NCBI RefSeq assembly: GCF_009914755.1
Contig: NC_060925.1
Length of the DNA stretch: 64,000 bases
Strand: one strand, 5' to 3'
Source of the DNA: the human T2T-CHM13v2.0 reference genome, Homo sapiens
Below are positions 1-15,733 of this stretch, piece after piece (position 1 is the first letter of the stretch; every line of letters starts with the position of its first letter). Both the position numbers and the translations under genes were made by a program. The notes under the pieces were generated by a model. That model was not told the DNA's origin. It saw only the letters and a list, made by a program, of their open reading frames with translations, and searched no databases.

Positions 1-799
1 AACCTTGACCTGAAGAGAACACCTTTTCTGGAAGTGACAGGTAATTTAGCCTTCTTGCTAAGTTCTGGGGCTCTCTGGTGGTGAATTATGTATGGTGCTT
101 CTATGATACAGACACCTGTCCACCGAGAGCCAAACCAAAGCTGATAGATTCCTCTTAAAGACCTTAGATTAGATATAAACTACCTTTTTCCCCCTAGAAA
201 AGTCGTCATGATGTCAATCACCATTCCTTTCCTTTCCTCCCATGATTTCAAAGATTTGAGAGAGGTCTAAAACAAACTGAGCAATGTTTGCTTTTATAAA
301 ACCACTACTAGGACAGCACTCTACTTTCTCTCTTTTTATTTAACTGAAATAGTAAAAAAACTCTTTTAAGCTGTAACAATCAACTTGTGAATTGTTAATT
401 ATTGATGTTTGTCTCCCCACCCTGCCCATACTAGGTCTTAAGATAATTCACTAAGCTGTACAAATAAGTGCATTATATTGATTAAATCAGTTTCCAGCAA
501 GATTGTCACCAGTTCAAAAGCAGCTTTTGGACTGAAAACAGCAAAATTATATCACACTATATTCCTTGTGTCTATTATGATTTGAGACAGGTAAATTAAA
601 TATTTTGGATCTGGAAAATAGGTAAGGGGTAATATCAGTATCACCACAAAAGTCCTGGTAGATCAAGGACGGACTAGATAAATGGAGGGTTGACACTTAT
701 GAAATGGTTTAAATCTATTATTGTGGGTGGTGGGGAGAGTTGAGGGAGTGAATGAGCATTGTGCTGAAAAGGACAGACTTCTCCAGAACAGACTTCCTA

Positions 800-1900
800 T
801 GTATGTCCCATTCAGACGGTCCCTGGCCAGCCAGACTTTGGATGAGAGTTAATCTGAAATCCATGGAATCACCTCTGTGCAACTGAAATGGTCCAGGGAA
901 TAATTTGATATCCTAGGGAAGGCCCTGTGAAATGTTATTTTTTGTTGTTCACTATTTATAGTGCTGGTGTCAAAAATAGAAACAAAGGCGCCTCCACACA
1001 GGAGCAAATCTCCTTCTGAAACAGATGCTTTGGGACTGGAAATTTGTATGAAGCTCTTTCCATGAGCTGTTCAGCTCAGCGCAAACCTTTAGTTTTGTAT
1101 TCTTTCCGCTGGAATTGAAAAGAAGTCCCAGGCTTCCCTGCAGCTGTGGCTGTTTTCTCACTTCTTGTCCAGTAGAGTCCAGGAAGGGAAATGTGATCAC
1201 CTATGACTCAAGGGCAGGCAGGTCCATATCCATTAAAGATGGGATGTAAATGGGGAAAAATCTCCTGAGATGAACCCCTCCCACAGACACTGCCCTCCAA
1301 GTCTCTTGCTGGAGTGCAGACTGAGAATCTCATTAGGAATCTAATACAATAAAGACATGTAGATGTTAAGGGTGGGGGTGGTGCGGAAATCAAACTAACT
1401 TCATTACTTTATTCTGCACCTCACAGCGCTTCTGCCAGTGGACAATTGCATTAGATCAGAGAGGAGATCAAAAGGCAAAAAACTCCCTGGAAATTCATTG
1501 TCTGAAGCAAGACTCGAGGGACAGGGAAGAACTCGGGGGAGGAGGCAGGAGTAAATTGGGTTGACCTGAGACATAAATTTACTACATCTGCCCACACTCA
1601 TGCTAGGCCCTTTTCTTAGCTTTTTCAACTCCCGGGTCGATGTCTTGTTTTATGTTGGCCGTGGGAGATGGAGCAGGGAGGCCTGAGTCGAGAAGAGAGA
1701 AAGCAAAGCTCCCATCTTCAGCTTGGCTGTGGAGAATCATTTCAGCTTTGAGAGTTTTGCTTTCAGGCTCTTTAAATTTTAGAGCCCTTAGAATTAAGTA
1801 AATACCCAAAAATGTTGCTGAAATGCCACTAGACTTCTGGACCGTAACTGAAACACAGAGGAAGAAATGTTCAGGAAGCAAGAACATAAACATATTTGGT
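800..1900. promoter_or_regulatory. Candidate enhancer-like unique island
   Basis: No recognisable repeat. Perfect MEF2 box CTATTTATAG 952-961, E-box CAGCTG 1141-1146, AP-1 TGACTCA 1204-1210, and several retained CpGs at 1420-1690. Confidence 0.35.
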
Positions 1901-2129
1901 CACAAAACAGGTGGTGTGGGCATTTTTACAAGACAGAAATACAACCAGAGGTGTTATCATTTTTGAAAATTAAACTGGCTAAATATGATTGCAAAATACG
2001 GCATACTATGGCTTAATATATACTACATTTATTTAACAACTAGTTAATTGAGTTACTAGGAGTTGGGATGACATGTGCCAGAGTGGAAGTAAGTAATCAA
2101 AAAATAAAAACTCAAAACACCAAAACCCC

Positions 2130-3066
2130 CCAATAATGTGCGTCTTTCATGGGGGTCCAGGAGCCAACTGAAAGAGATCCCAACGGTCAAAGCTGGAACA
2201 ATTTGAGCAACAAAAACAGTAGTATCAGATTATAACTCAAAGTACAAAATATATATCTCAATTTTCATGAATCCATGCTGATATTAGTTAATTAATTGGG
2301 GGAAGTGAGACCAACACTCTGTGTAGCAGAATTCCAAATAATTTATGTAAGGACTTCCTTCATCCTCAAAGAAGAGGAGCATAAACTCCCCATTCTGTAA
2401 GTGTGGGCTGCACAGAGTGACTTCCTTCCAAAAAGCACAGTGTGGAAAGTGGGGAAAAAAGACTGATTACACAGTGGAGGAAACTGACAAAAACTACCTC
2501 TGCTGGTTGCAACAAAGGTGACAAGTCAAGCTGATATGATGTATCTGATATATGTATACATATATGTATATGTATGTGATGTATATGAGAGAATGTAATA
2601 AAAATGCCACTTTACCTCTGTGATTAGCCTCCTAAAAACCCATAGCCCCAGTCAATCATGAGAAAAAAAATTCAGATAATGTCTAATAGATGAGCATTCT
2701 ACAAAATACCCCACCAGTATTTCTCAAAACTACCAAGGTCAACAAAGACAAGGAAAGTCTGAGAAACTGTGACAGCCAAGAGGAACCTAAGGAGACATGA
2801 TGAATAAAGGCAATGTGGTGTCCTAGATGGGGTCCTGGGGAGAAAAATGTTATTTGGTTATACTATAGAGGTTTGAGTAAAATATGGACCTTAGCTAATA
2901 ATAATGTATGCATATTGGTTCATTAAACTGTAACCAATGATTCATACCAATATAAGATATTCATAATAGGGGAAACTGGATGCTTGGATATATGGGAACA
3001 CTGTACTATCTTCTAAATTTTTCTGTAAATCAAAAGAAGTTCTAAAAGATAAAGTCTGTTAAAATA
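2130..3066 (+). mobile_element. L1MC-like LINE-1 3' UTR fragment
   Basis: Matches recalled L1MC 3' end motifs (ggagccaactgaaagag; aaggaaagtctgagaaactgt...gaggaacctaaggagacatga; ggaacactgtactatctt...tttttctgtaaatc). Confidence 0.75.
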
Positions 3067-4026
3067 AGTAAATACTATAGCTCCACTCTCAAAAAACTTC
3101 CAATCAAGTGAGAAATAATCTAGAGACCTCTATAATAAATTCCTTTCCCTGTGCTCATCAGGAAATCAAACCACTAGAGGACTGCCACATTGAACCTACT
3201 TAATTTAATTTTAAGATTAAAAAATTAAGGAATCACTATTGACATTATTCGAAACTACTAATGTATTGTTTATACTATAATTGCAGAAGAAAAAGTATAG
3301 AAAATCCACTAAGGGATTTTTTTTTTTAATCTAGAGATAGACCTTATTTCACTGTGTAATTATTAATTAAACACTCTTCATACAGACCAATAAATGGCCT
3401 ATATATGTAAAATATATATATTTATTAATATTAAATAAATATACAATCCTGTGGTCACCTACATTTGTCTCTCCCCTTTCCTTTCATACACACATGTAAC
3501 ACTTTATCCCCAGCTCCTTCCCTCAACCTTACCAAGGTAATTGTAGTTGACCCAGTCACCTCCTGGGACAAAGGCCTATCTGGAATTCCATGTTGTTCAT
3601 TCATCTACAAATCAATAGATACATACTGACAATCAACTTTGTGCAGTAGCTAAGGGCAATGCAAAAGAGAGTAGAACATAACATCAAAAGCTAAAGAAAT
3701 ATGTAAGACAAAACAGGAATTGCGACATGACATTTGTGTGGTTAACTCCAAACCTCCAAATAACTTGTATTAACAGTAAACCCTATCATTTCTGATGACT
3801 GTACAGGGATATGTACTACAACTTCTTAAACAAAAGTTTCACTTAAAATATCAAACTTGAGTCAGGCCTTGGAGGAGTGTAGAGACTTGAAGAGAGTGGA
3901 GGGTCTCTGTCCAAGAATGGGCAGCTACAGCTGGTGTTGAGGGAAGACTATGGAGGCCACCAAGAATTTTTCCTGATTTTATAGGCAATTACAATTTGTT
4001 GGTCAATCGATTACGTATCAACACTA

Positions 4027-4338
<312 letters not shown>

Positions 4339-4951
4339 AATTCTTTGGTTGAGTTATGCATGTATTAAAATTAAATAGATTGTCAGTGACAAATTTCTTT
4401 CCCATAGGACAAATTGTGTCATGATTTTGTATGTGTATGTGTATATATATATACATATACATATGCATATTTCTGACCTTTTGTAAACTACACAATTTGG
4501 ATAATCCAGCTTCAGAAATTATCTATCTATATGTCTATACATACGTCTCTTTCATGGCATCTAGCCATTCCAGAGTTAGCAATCTGATATCAGGATGTCC
4601 CTAGGGTATAGGAGACCTGTGACAAATGTTTTTTATGGGGCTCTTGTCTATATAAACAATTGGATTAAAAATTAAATGAGCCCATGTGAGATATAGTGGT
4701 ATATTAATGAAGATTTAGAATAGATGGGTAGAGAATAGACACATATTTGTTTATTGTTCAGAGCACATGGAAATTCTCTTCATGGATAGGTATCATCAAG
4801 CCTGTGTAAGTCCAGGAACCATCTCTTTGTGTTCTTTAACATCAAATGCTCCTTTCTCAGCTAATTTTATGTCTCCCTTCATAAGAAAAAAGTAGAAATG
4901 CTACTTTTATGGCTTAAAATGCTATAGCTCTTCAGAATCTGCTTGCACTGA

Positions 4952-5278
<327 letters not shown>

Positions 5279-6218
5279 TGTTTCTGTAGTTTTCTAATAT
5301 CATTTAGTCAATGCTCTTTACATCATCCATGGTGCCACCAATGAATGCTGGCTTCACGACTCTCAAAAGTTGTTAACTATGTTTCACTGAGGATGACTGC
5401 AAATTCAAGACTTATCCAGAGTATGCAGGGAAATGTAAACAATATTTCATTTTCTGGTCAAATTTACTAATCAGAATTATACACACAAATAAATCTTTCA
5501 GCCATGACTTCTCCTGAATCCTGGGCTGTAACTTCTACATTCCTAAAATGTGATCCTTCACTGTTGACCACACCCCTGCCATACAACATCTGCTGGGCGG
5601 CCCAAGCAAAGCAGGCACATTCCCATAAGAAATGTCTGTCCTTTGAGAAAAGCTCAGGGAAGGCACTCATGGAGAGCCGCATCAGGAGCATCTGTTGACT
5701 CAGCTGGAGGAGCCTGTTGATCTGGTGGAGCAGTGGCCATCCCAGGGTTCCCTGGCATCTGCGGAGAGGGTGAGTGACAACCTTAGGTGCCAGCACTAGG
5801 GCACACAGAGGTAAGGGACAAGGAAGCCTGCTGCCCTTGGAAGCAGCACTGTGGTTGGAAGAGAGGCACGGCTCTAACAGAGAGAACTGGGTTGTAGTCC
5901 AGACACCTTAATTCTTCCATGTGCCTGACATGACTGGGAGTCACCCAAAATTAGCACGTGGGCACCACTCTGGGTGCCAGTCTCTGCAGCATCCTCTTGA
6001 CCTGGCAGGGTGGGGGGGTCAGAGAGCCTCCAAAAAAGGCAGAAACAGGAACCCTGGGTGCCCTGCTTGGTTCCAGACAATGGGATAGACCTCCAACATT
6101 TTGAGGAGAGGTCACCAAAATGGGTGGAGGAATGGGGGTTATGGATGTTGAGTCAGAGCAGGGTCCTCCTGCTTGGATCTAAGGACAGTATGCATGAAAT
6201 GTGCAACAGTCTTTTTAA

Positions 6219-6526
<308 letters not shown>

Positions 6527-6965
6527 TAAAAAAGTGGTTTAAAAACAACAACAACAACAACAAAAGTATGCTGTTGACTTATGGATTGTATAGTGGATTT
6601 TATGCATCCTGCTTCCATTCTGTATGAAGATGTTATTTAAAATAGGACTCATTTTTGTTGGGTTTCACAGAAACATTGGAATTAAGGCAGAAATTAGTGG
6701 CTAATGTGAAAACAATATGTGGAGTTTGTGGTGAAGGGCATACAGGAACTTCTGGATGTGAATAAGGTTGTATGTTGCCCTGGTTGCTGTCAATAGCCGC
6801 CTTGACTGCAGGATGGAAACCACCTGAAGATGAGGCCCACACACTAAGGAGAGCAGAGCTCAGAAAACCCCAGAATCAGGAGCTGGGTTCCTGATCACAC
6901 GGAATCTGAGGTTTAACTTACCTGTGGACCTTTGAATTATGTGAACTGCTGGACCATATTTTATT

Positions 6966-7523
<558 letters not shown>

Positions 7524-7861
7524 AAGAAGAACATAACAATAACTGGAAGGTAGACACATGGTCTATAAAAACTCTGAACACTAGGAAGAGCCTCTGAGGG
7601 TCCTTTACATGGTAATTCTTATATAACCGGAAGGAAATAAGTAATATTATTCTGAATAGCCTTGTACCTTTATCAAAGTGCCATCAGCCTTCATTAATTA
7701 ACTTCTTTCCATGTCATTTCCATCCTTCCTATCTCTAGAACTCATTGACTCTATCATATTTGGAAATGTGATTAAACATTACCTTTTCTTTTTCTCATAT
7801 TGCTCTAAATGTATTTGTATTTTCTCTCTAAATAGATTATATGCTTCTTGATATCAAGGTC

Positions 7862-8060
7862 TGTGGCAGGGAGCTTTTAAGGGCGCCCTCACTGAGCTAC
7901 CTCATGGTACTCATACCCTTGTGTAATCCTCTCCCCTTGAATGTGGGCTGGTCTAGTGACTTGCTTTTAACAAATAGAATATAGCAAAAGTGATGGAATG
8001 GCACTTCTGCCATTAGGTCATAAAACACTTTGAGTTCTGTCTTGCTGGACTCTTGCTCTA
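7862..8060 (+). mobile_element. MLT1F-like MaLR LTR 5' fragment
   Basis: tgtggcag...cccttgtgtaatcctctccccttgaatgtgggctgg...gtgacttgctttta...aatagaat. Confidence 0.7.
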
Positions 8061-9189
8061 CAAAGTGAGAAAATTCCAAGCTGTAAAATATAATGTGAAG
8101 GGAAGCATTAAAAATAAGCAATGTACTGGCTTCTAAACCATAATAAAATATGACTGACAAGAATGTCTGTTTGACTGTCCTTCCATCCTCTTTTAGTCTG
8201 CAAGTGAAAAGATCACCTCAACAGCATAAGCCAGCATCTACATTTTATCATACTTTAAGATTGCCCCTTAGGGCAGACTGAGTGAAAAGCACACATTTCC
8301 CAGTGTTTCCTTCTATCATCTTCATTTGTTTGCCTACCCCTTCCCCCAAAGCATTTGTGTCACTCTCTTCCCACATTTGGACGTTCTTAGCTTCTGAACT
8401 GAACTTCTGAAAGAGTTTAAAGGGGAGATGATCTGACAAGGAGATTTGCTTGTCTTAAAGCCCGGCTGTGCCTGCCTTTAATTAAAAATGGTATTGATTT
8501 TTCTCTGCTCTAATGATAGGCACTAGTCTGCCCTCCCCATGTTCGTAAGTGACAGTTTAAGTATGAAACAAAGGGCATTTATTCAGCACTTAATGCAAAA
8601 TTATGACTGATTAAAAAGTGATTTATCATGAGAACTACATCTGCAGAGGCTTTTTTTTTTTTAAATGCTCATTCTAACCAGAGTTTGGAAAGTATAGCAG
8701 GATGATTGGAACAATTCTCAACTTCCCTAATTCAGTTCTCCTTCCCTGGTTTCAGCACGAAACAAAAAATAAATTTTCCACTGAATTCAGGACCAAAAAG
8801 CATGGGAGGAAAAGTAATTCAGAATTCTAGAAGTCAGACTTGTAGCATATCCTAGGTAAGTTGCCAAGTTGCCGATTGGTAAGCTGCCAAGTTGCCTTCA
8901 GGTAGCAAAACACTGAGTCAGAACTTTTCCAGGACTACATTCTTCTGACACCTGACTCTTTCTCCTTTCCTACTTCCCATAGTGTTTAACACAGTGGAAA
9001 ATGACCTGACATCTTGGATGAGAAAGCACTGCTAGAACATTTGAAAGGAAGATATGACAGCAAGAAAAGGAAGTTATGATTAGGTAATGCAGTCAACTTT
9101 TATTAAACCTTTGAATTTAGGTCTTTTTTCAGTCTTGAGTAGGCCCAGTCTCCCTTCTTTCTTGAGAGCAATGAGTAGCTTCCATGTCT

Positions 9190-9410
9190 TTTTTGGTTAA
9201 GAACACAAGCTCTGAAGCCCGCTCTTATGGTACAAATCTCATTGCTGTTGCATACGAGCTGTGTGGCCTTGAGCATGCTATTTAATCTTCCCATGACTCA
9301 GCTTCTTTACCTCTAAAATGAGGTTAATAATCTCACCACCATGTAGGGTTAATGGGAGTATTAAAACAATTAGAATGGTGTCTAATGCTTAATAAACACC
9401 TCAAAAATAT
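9190..9410 (+). mobile_element. MIR SINE
   Basis: Core agctgtgtggccttgagcatgctatttaatctt...ctcagcttctttacctctaaaatgagg. Confidence 0.75.
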
Positions 9411-10792
9411 TACTAGATTTCATCAAATGTAAGATGCCATCATAAATTACATCTTGATTTCAGAGATATTAACCATAAATAAAAGACACCTCTTAGAATT
9501 AGTAGGATACTATAGGTGGCTATTGTTGATAATGCCTACTTATTTATAACTATGAACTCTGACCAGAAAATGAAATGATACTCAAGGCTGAGGATTTTCA
9601 TAAATATCAATACTAAAATAGGAGGGGTTGGCATGTTTCACACTTGTCTCTGCTGCCTCTTTTTATTCGCAGGTGGAGTGGGATAGTACAGACTCATGGA
9701 TTTTGGTATTAGAAAGTCCTGGCTTTCTAATCCAGCTCTGTTACCTCCTAGGTTTCTAATCAAGTTACATCCCCTTGAAAGTCTCAGATGGAAATGGCAA
9801 TGCCCATGTCACAATGATCTGGGTAACCCCTCAAGCAAACAAGCTTGGCATGAAGGTCAAGCCAAGCAGGGACACAGACACGCAAACACACACACATGCA
9901 TCAAAGTAATCAATGCAGGTAAAATGAGAACATTATTGAACTATATCATACTTTACCGTTCAGAATTAACAACAAAAAAAAAAACACATAAACTGGTTTC
10001 TGCTTCTGCTGATAAGGAGTTTGGAAGTTTCCAGTCTGTTCTAACAATGAGAACAAAGCTAAAAAGACTGAAAAATCAACTCTTTTTGGATTCAAAAGAG
10101 AAGTAAGAGCACAGGGCAAACTTCTACCCCCAAGATTGGAGAGAAAGACAGTGAATACAGGGAGACATGGGGTACTGGGGCAGAGACTCAAAAGTAGAAA
10201 CTGCCCAGGGAATCAATGCTGGGGAAGAACAACAACAAAACCCTGAACTCTGATTGATGAACTGCTGGAGGCTCCATATGGAGAGTCTAAGAGTTAAAAA
10301 TTCCAGGGGACTCAGTCACAGGGAGACCTCTACATTTTGTGAGTTTTACCATTAGGAGTTCATCTAGGTTTTCAGAGTAAATATCACAGAAAAATCTCCT
10401 CATGCTTCCAGCAGTGGGAGGGGAAAAGAAATCATTTTGAAATACATCAGAGCATTGTGTGCTGCCTAAAAAGGCCTAGCTTCAAGAGAAATTATTTCAC
10501 TAGAGTATAACCTCCTGGGGTTTTATCAGAGCCTAACTGTCCTAGGGGAAGCGAAATACCCAACTCCAGCCAGCTGCAGCCTTCTACATGGGAGAAAGGA
10601 AATACCCAACTCCAGTTCCCTCTAACCATCCTTGTCCCACCTAAATGGGGGGTAAAGTGGTACTGAGAAACACTTGTGAAGTTCACAGTCAGAGGCACAG
10701 GCTCACTTAAAGACAGACCTAATCACAGGACTACAGAATGCTTCCCTTCCCCCACACCTTACCACCATGCCTCTAAAGGCCTATTTTAACTG

Positions 10793-11164
10793 TTCTTTTT
10801 TTCTTTTCTTTTCTTTTCTTTTCTTTTCTTTTCTTTTCTTTTCTTTTCTTTTCTTTCTTTATTCTCTTCTCTTCTCTTTTCTTTCTTTTTGGACAGAGTC
10901 TTGCTCTGGAGTGCAATAGTGCAGTGGCGTGATCTTTGTTCACTGAAACCTCTGCCTCCAGGGTTCAAGCGATTCTGTCTCAGCCTCCCGAGTAGCTGGG
11001 AATACAGGCACAGGCTGCCATGCCTGGCTAATTTTTTGTATTTTAGTAGAGATGGGGTTTCACCATGTTGCCCAGGCTGCTCTCGAACTCCTGAGCTCAG
11101 ACAATCCACCCACCTCGGCCTCCCAAAGTGCTGGGATTACAGGTGTGAGCCACTGTGCCTGGCC
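10793..11164 (-). mobile_element. Alu with (TTTTC)11 tail, inserted in L1M
   Basis: Reverse Alu body 10890-11164; pentanucleotide tail 10799-10853; imperfect TSD aac(t/a)gttc. Confidence 0.95.
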
Positions 11165-11619
11165 TCAACAGTTCCTTTTACCTGGCACATCATGTCCAGC
11201 TATCAAGAAAAAATTACAAAGCACACTAAAAGGTTAAAAAAAAAAAAAGAAAGAGAAACCCACTATTTGCAGATAGAGCATGCATCAGAACTCAGACATG
11301 GCAGGGATGTTGAATTATCATACTGAGAATTTGGAATAACTATGAGCAATATGCTAAAAGCTCTAATGGCTGAAGTAGACAGCATGCAAGAGCAGATAGG
11401 CAATGTAAGTGGAGAGATGAAAATCCTAAAAAGGAAGCAAAAGAAATGCTAGATATAGAAAACACTATAACAGAAATGAAGAATGCCTTTGATGGGCTTA
11501 TTAGTAGACTGAACACAACTGAGGCTGAAAGAGTCTCTGAGCTTGAAAATATGTCAATAGAAACATCTAAAACTAAAAAGCAAAGAGAACAAAGACTGAT
11601 AAAAAAGAACAGAATGTCC

Positions 11620-11917
11620 GGCCGGGCACAGTGGCTCACGCCTGTAATCCCAGCACTTTGGGAGGCCAAGGCTGGCGGATCATGGTCAGGAGATTGAGAC
11701 CATCCTGGCTAACATGGTGAAACCCCGTCTCTACTAAAAAAATACAAAAAATTAGCCAGGCGTGGTGGTGGGCGCCTGTAGTCCCAGCTACTTGGAGACT
11801 GAGGCAGGAGAATGGTGTGAACCTGGGAGGCAGAGCTTGCAGTAAGCCAAGATGTGCCACTGCACTCCAGCCTGGGCGACAGAGCGAGACTCCGTCTCAA
11901 AAAAAAAAAACAAATAA
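11620..11917 (+). mobile_element. AluY-like element in L1M ORF1
   Basis: Diagnostics catcctggctaac, gaatggtgtgaacc, gagcttgcag; TSD agaatgtcc. Confidence 0.93.
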
Positions 11918-13101
11918 AGAATGTCCAAGGGCTGTGGGAAAACTACAGAAGGCATCAATATGTTTAATGAGAGTTCCAAAAGGACAAGAAAGAAAGGAGA
12001 GAAGAAATATTTGAAATAATAATGATAGAATTTCCAGAAATTAATGTCAGACACCAAAACACAGATCCAGGAAGTTCAGTGAACACTAAACAGGATGAGT
12101 GCAAAACACAAACAAAACAAATGCTACACCTGAGTGTATCATTTTCAAACTACAGAAAATCAAATAAATCCTGAAAAAAGCCAGAGGGAAAATACACCTT
12201 CTACATAGAAGAACAAAGATGAGAATTACACCTGACTTCTCAGAATCCAGGCAAGCAAAAAGAAAGTGAAGTAAAATATTTAAAGTGTTGAGGGGAAAAA
12301 AACCCACCAACAGAATTCTGTACCCTGTGAAATTATCCTTCAAAACTAAAGGAAAAGTACAAACTTTCTCAGATAAACTAAATCAAGGGAATTTGCTACC
12401 AGTAGACCCACCTGGCAAGAAATATTAAAAGAAGTTTATCAGAAAGAAGAAAAATAATATAGATCAGAAACTCAGATCTACATAGAGAAAGGAAGAGCAT
12501 CAAAAAATAAATAAGTGAAGGTAAACTAAGAACTTTTATCTTTCTTATTCTTAGTTGATCTAGCCTATAATAGTTCAAAATTATAGCAACAATGTATTCA
12601 ATTATACAATTATCTTATGTGTATATATGTGTTTAGAATGCTTACATACAAGAAATGAATAGCAGTAATGGGACAAAAAATAAAAGTTATTTTATTTTGC
12701 AAACTCTAGGACATCCACTAAAAGAAGTTCAAAAGAAGTATAATGTATATGCTAAGAAAGGAGATAAAATGTAATCATATAAAATGATAAATTTAAACCA
12801 CAAAAATCAAAGAAAGAGTGGAAGACAAAATTAGAAACAGAGGACAAGGTAGCAAATAGAAAACAGTAACAAATATGGTAAATGTTAATCCAACCATATA
12901 AATAATCACATTGGATATCAGTGATCTAAATATACTAATTAAAAGACTAGAGCTTGTCATATGGATCAAACAACAAGACCTAACTATATGTTGTCTATAA
13001 GAACCCACTTTAATATAAAGACAAATATTAGATTAAAAGTAAATGGATGGAGAAAAATATACCAGGCTAACACTAATCAAAAGAAAGCAGTAGTAGATAT
13101 A

Positions 13102-13402
13102 CAGTCATGTGCCACCTGGTGACATTTTGGTCAATGATGAACCACATATACAACAGTAGCCTCATAAGATTATAATACCTTGTATTTACTGTACCTTTTC
13201 TATGTTTAGATACACAAATACCATTTTGTTATAACTGCCCACAATATTTAGTATGTGAACATGCTGTACAGGTTTATAGCCTGAGAGCAATAGACCATAC
13301 CATCTAGGTTTGTGTACACCCTGTGATATTTGCACAATGATAAAATTGCCTAATGATGCATTTTTTGAAACATTTTTTCCATCATTAAGTGACACATGAC
13401 TG
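13102..13402 (+). mobile_element. MER7A/Tigger3a-like non-autonomous Tc1/mariner transposon
   Basis: TIRs cagtcatgtg...cacatgactg; TA TSD at 13100-13101 and 13403-13404. Confidence 0.88.
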
Positions 13403-14647
13403 TAATAATTTTTGACAGAGCAGGCTTCAAAGCAAGAGAAGTTATCAGAGATAAGGAGGGGCATTACATAAAGGCAAAACAGTCAATTCTCCAAGATGTT
13501 ACAATCTTTAACGCGTATCTGCCTAACGCATTTCGAGCATCAAACTATATGAGGCAAAAACTGATAGGACAGCAAGGAGAAATCGATGGATTCACTATTA
13601 TAGTTCAAGACTTTAATATCCCTCTATCAAAAATACCTCCAGCAGGCAGAAAATTAGTAAGGATATAGTTGAACTCAACATCACCATCAATCAACTGAAT
13701 ATAATTGATATCTATAGACTATTTCATCCAACAACAGCAGAATACACATCCTTCTGAAGCTCACATGAAGCATTCACCAAGATACCTTAACAAATTTAAA
13801 AGAATAGAAACCATACAATGTCTGTCTCAGACCATAATGGAATTGAACTAGAAATCAATGTTAACTGGAAAATCCTAAAATATGTGGAAACTAAACAGCA
13901 CATTTATAAATAACACATGGGTCGAAAAAGAAATCTCAAGAGAAATTTAAAACTATTTTAAACTACATGAAAATGAAAATACAGCTTAGCAAAAGTTGTA
14001 GAATGCACCAAAGCAGTGCCTAGGGGCAAATGTATAGCACTAAATGCATGTAGTACAAAATAAGAAAGATCTAAAATTAATAATAAAAGCTTCCACCTTA
14101 GAAAACTAGAAAAAGAAGAGCAAATTAATGCCAAAGGAAGCAAAAGAAAAGAAGTAATAAAAATTAGGACAGAAAACAATAAAATTTAAAAATAGGAAAT
14201 CAATAGAGAAAATCAGCAAAACCAAAAGCTGGTACTTTGAAAAGATTGGTAAAGTTGATAAGCTTCTAGGCAGGCTGATTAAACAAAAACGAGGGAGAGA
14301 GAAGACACAAATTACTAATGTCAGAAGTGAAAGAGACAGAACATCACTATAGATCCTATGTATATTAAAAGGGTAATAAATATTATGAGCAACTAGATGC
14401 CCACAAATTTAATATGAAGCAATTCCTCGAAACACACAATCTGCTAAAATTCACACTAAAAGAAATAGATCATCTAAATACACATATATCTATTTTTAAA
14501 ATTGAATCAATAATTAATAAGCTTCCAAAACAGAAAGCACCAGGCCCAGATGGAGTCAGTGGTGAATTCTACCAAACATTTAAGGAAGAATTTCTATCAA
14601 TTCTGTACATTTTCCTTCAGAAGATAGCAGAATATTCTCTAACTCTC

Positions 14648-15009
14648 TGATACGGTTTGGCTGTGTTTCCCCACCCAAATTTCATCTCGAATTGTTATCC
14701 CCACATGCTGAGAGAGGGACCTGGTGGGAAATGATTGGATCATGGGGACAGTTTCCCCCATGCTGTTCTCATGATAGAGAGTTCTCACGAGACCTTATGG
14801 TTTAAAAGTCGCAGTTTCCCCTGCTTTCTCTCTCTCTGTCTTGCTGCCATGTAAGATGTGCCTTGCTTCCCCTTTGCCTTTCACCATGATTGTAAGTTTT
14901 CTGAGACCTCCCAGCCATGCAGAACTGTGAGTCAATTAAAACTCTTTCCTTTATAAATTACCCAGTCTTGGGTATTTCTTAGTAGCCATGAAAAAAATGG
15001 ACTAATACA
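14648..15009 (+). mobile_element. THE1D-like solo LTR
   Basis: tgatacggtttggctgtg...ggactaataca; 5-bp TSD ctctc (14643-14647 and 15010-15014). Confidence 0.92.
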
Positions 15010-15416
15010 CTCTCTATGATGCTGGCATTGTCTTACTATCAAAATAAGACAAAGACATTACAAGAAAAGAAAAATACAGACCAATATCTCTCATGAATGT
15101 AGATGCAAATATCCTCAACAAAATCTTAGCAAATCAAATACATCAATGTATAAAATGAATTATACACCACCACCAAGTTGGATTTATTGTAGGTGTGCAA
15201 GTCTGTCTCAACATTCAAAAATCAATTAATATAAGCCATTACATCAACAGGCTAATGAAGAAAAATCACATGATCATATTAATAAATGAAGAGAAACATT
15301 TGATAAAATTCAACACCTACTCATGATTTAAAAAAAAACCTCTTAACTAGAAACAGAGGGGCACTTCCTGAACTTATTAAAGAATAGCTATATATATAAA
15401 AAAAAAAACCTACGAT

Positions 15417-15733
<317 letters not shown>

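Noticed and set aside
1412-1430. REST/RE1-like ttctgcacc-tcacagcgct
   Set aside because: The spacer is wrong and the core GG of the right half-site is lost.
970-1893. Four consecutive minus-strand ORFs in unique DNA
   Set aside because: They are short, mostly lack ATG starts, and show no recognisable domain or exon structure.
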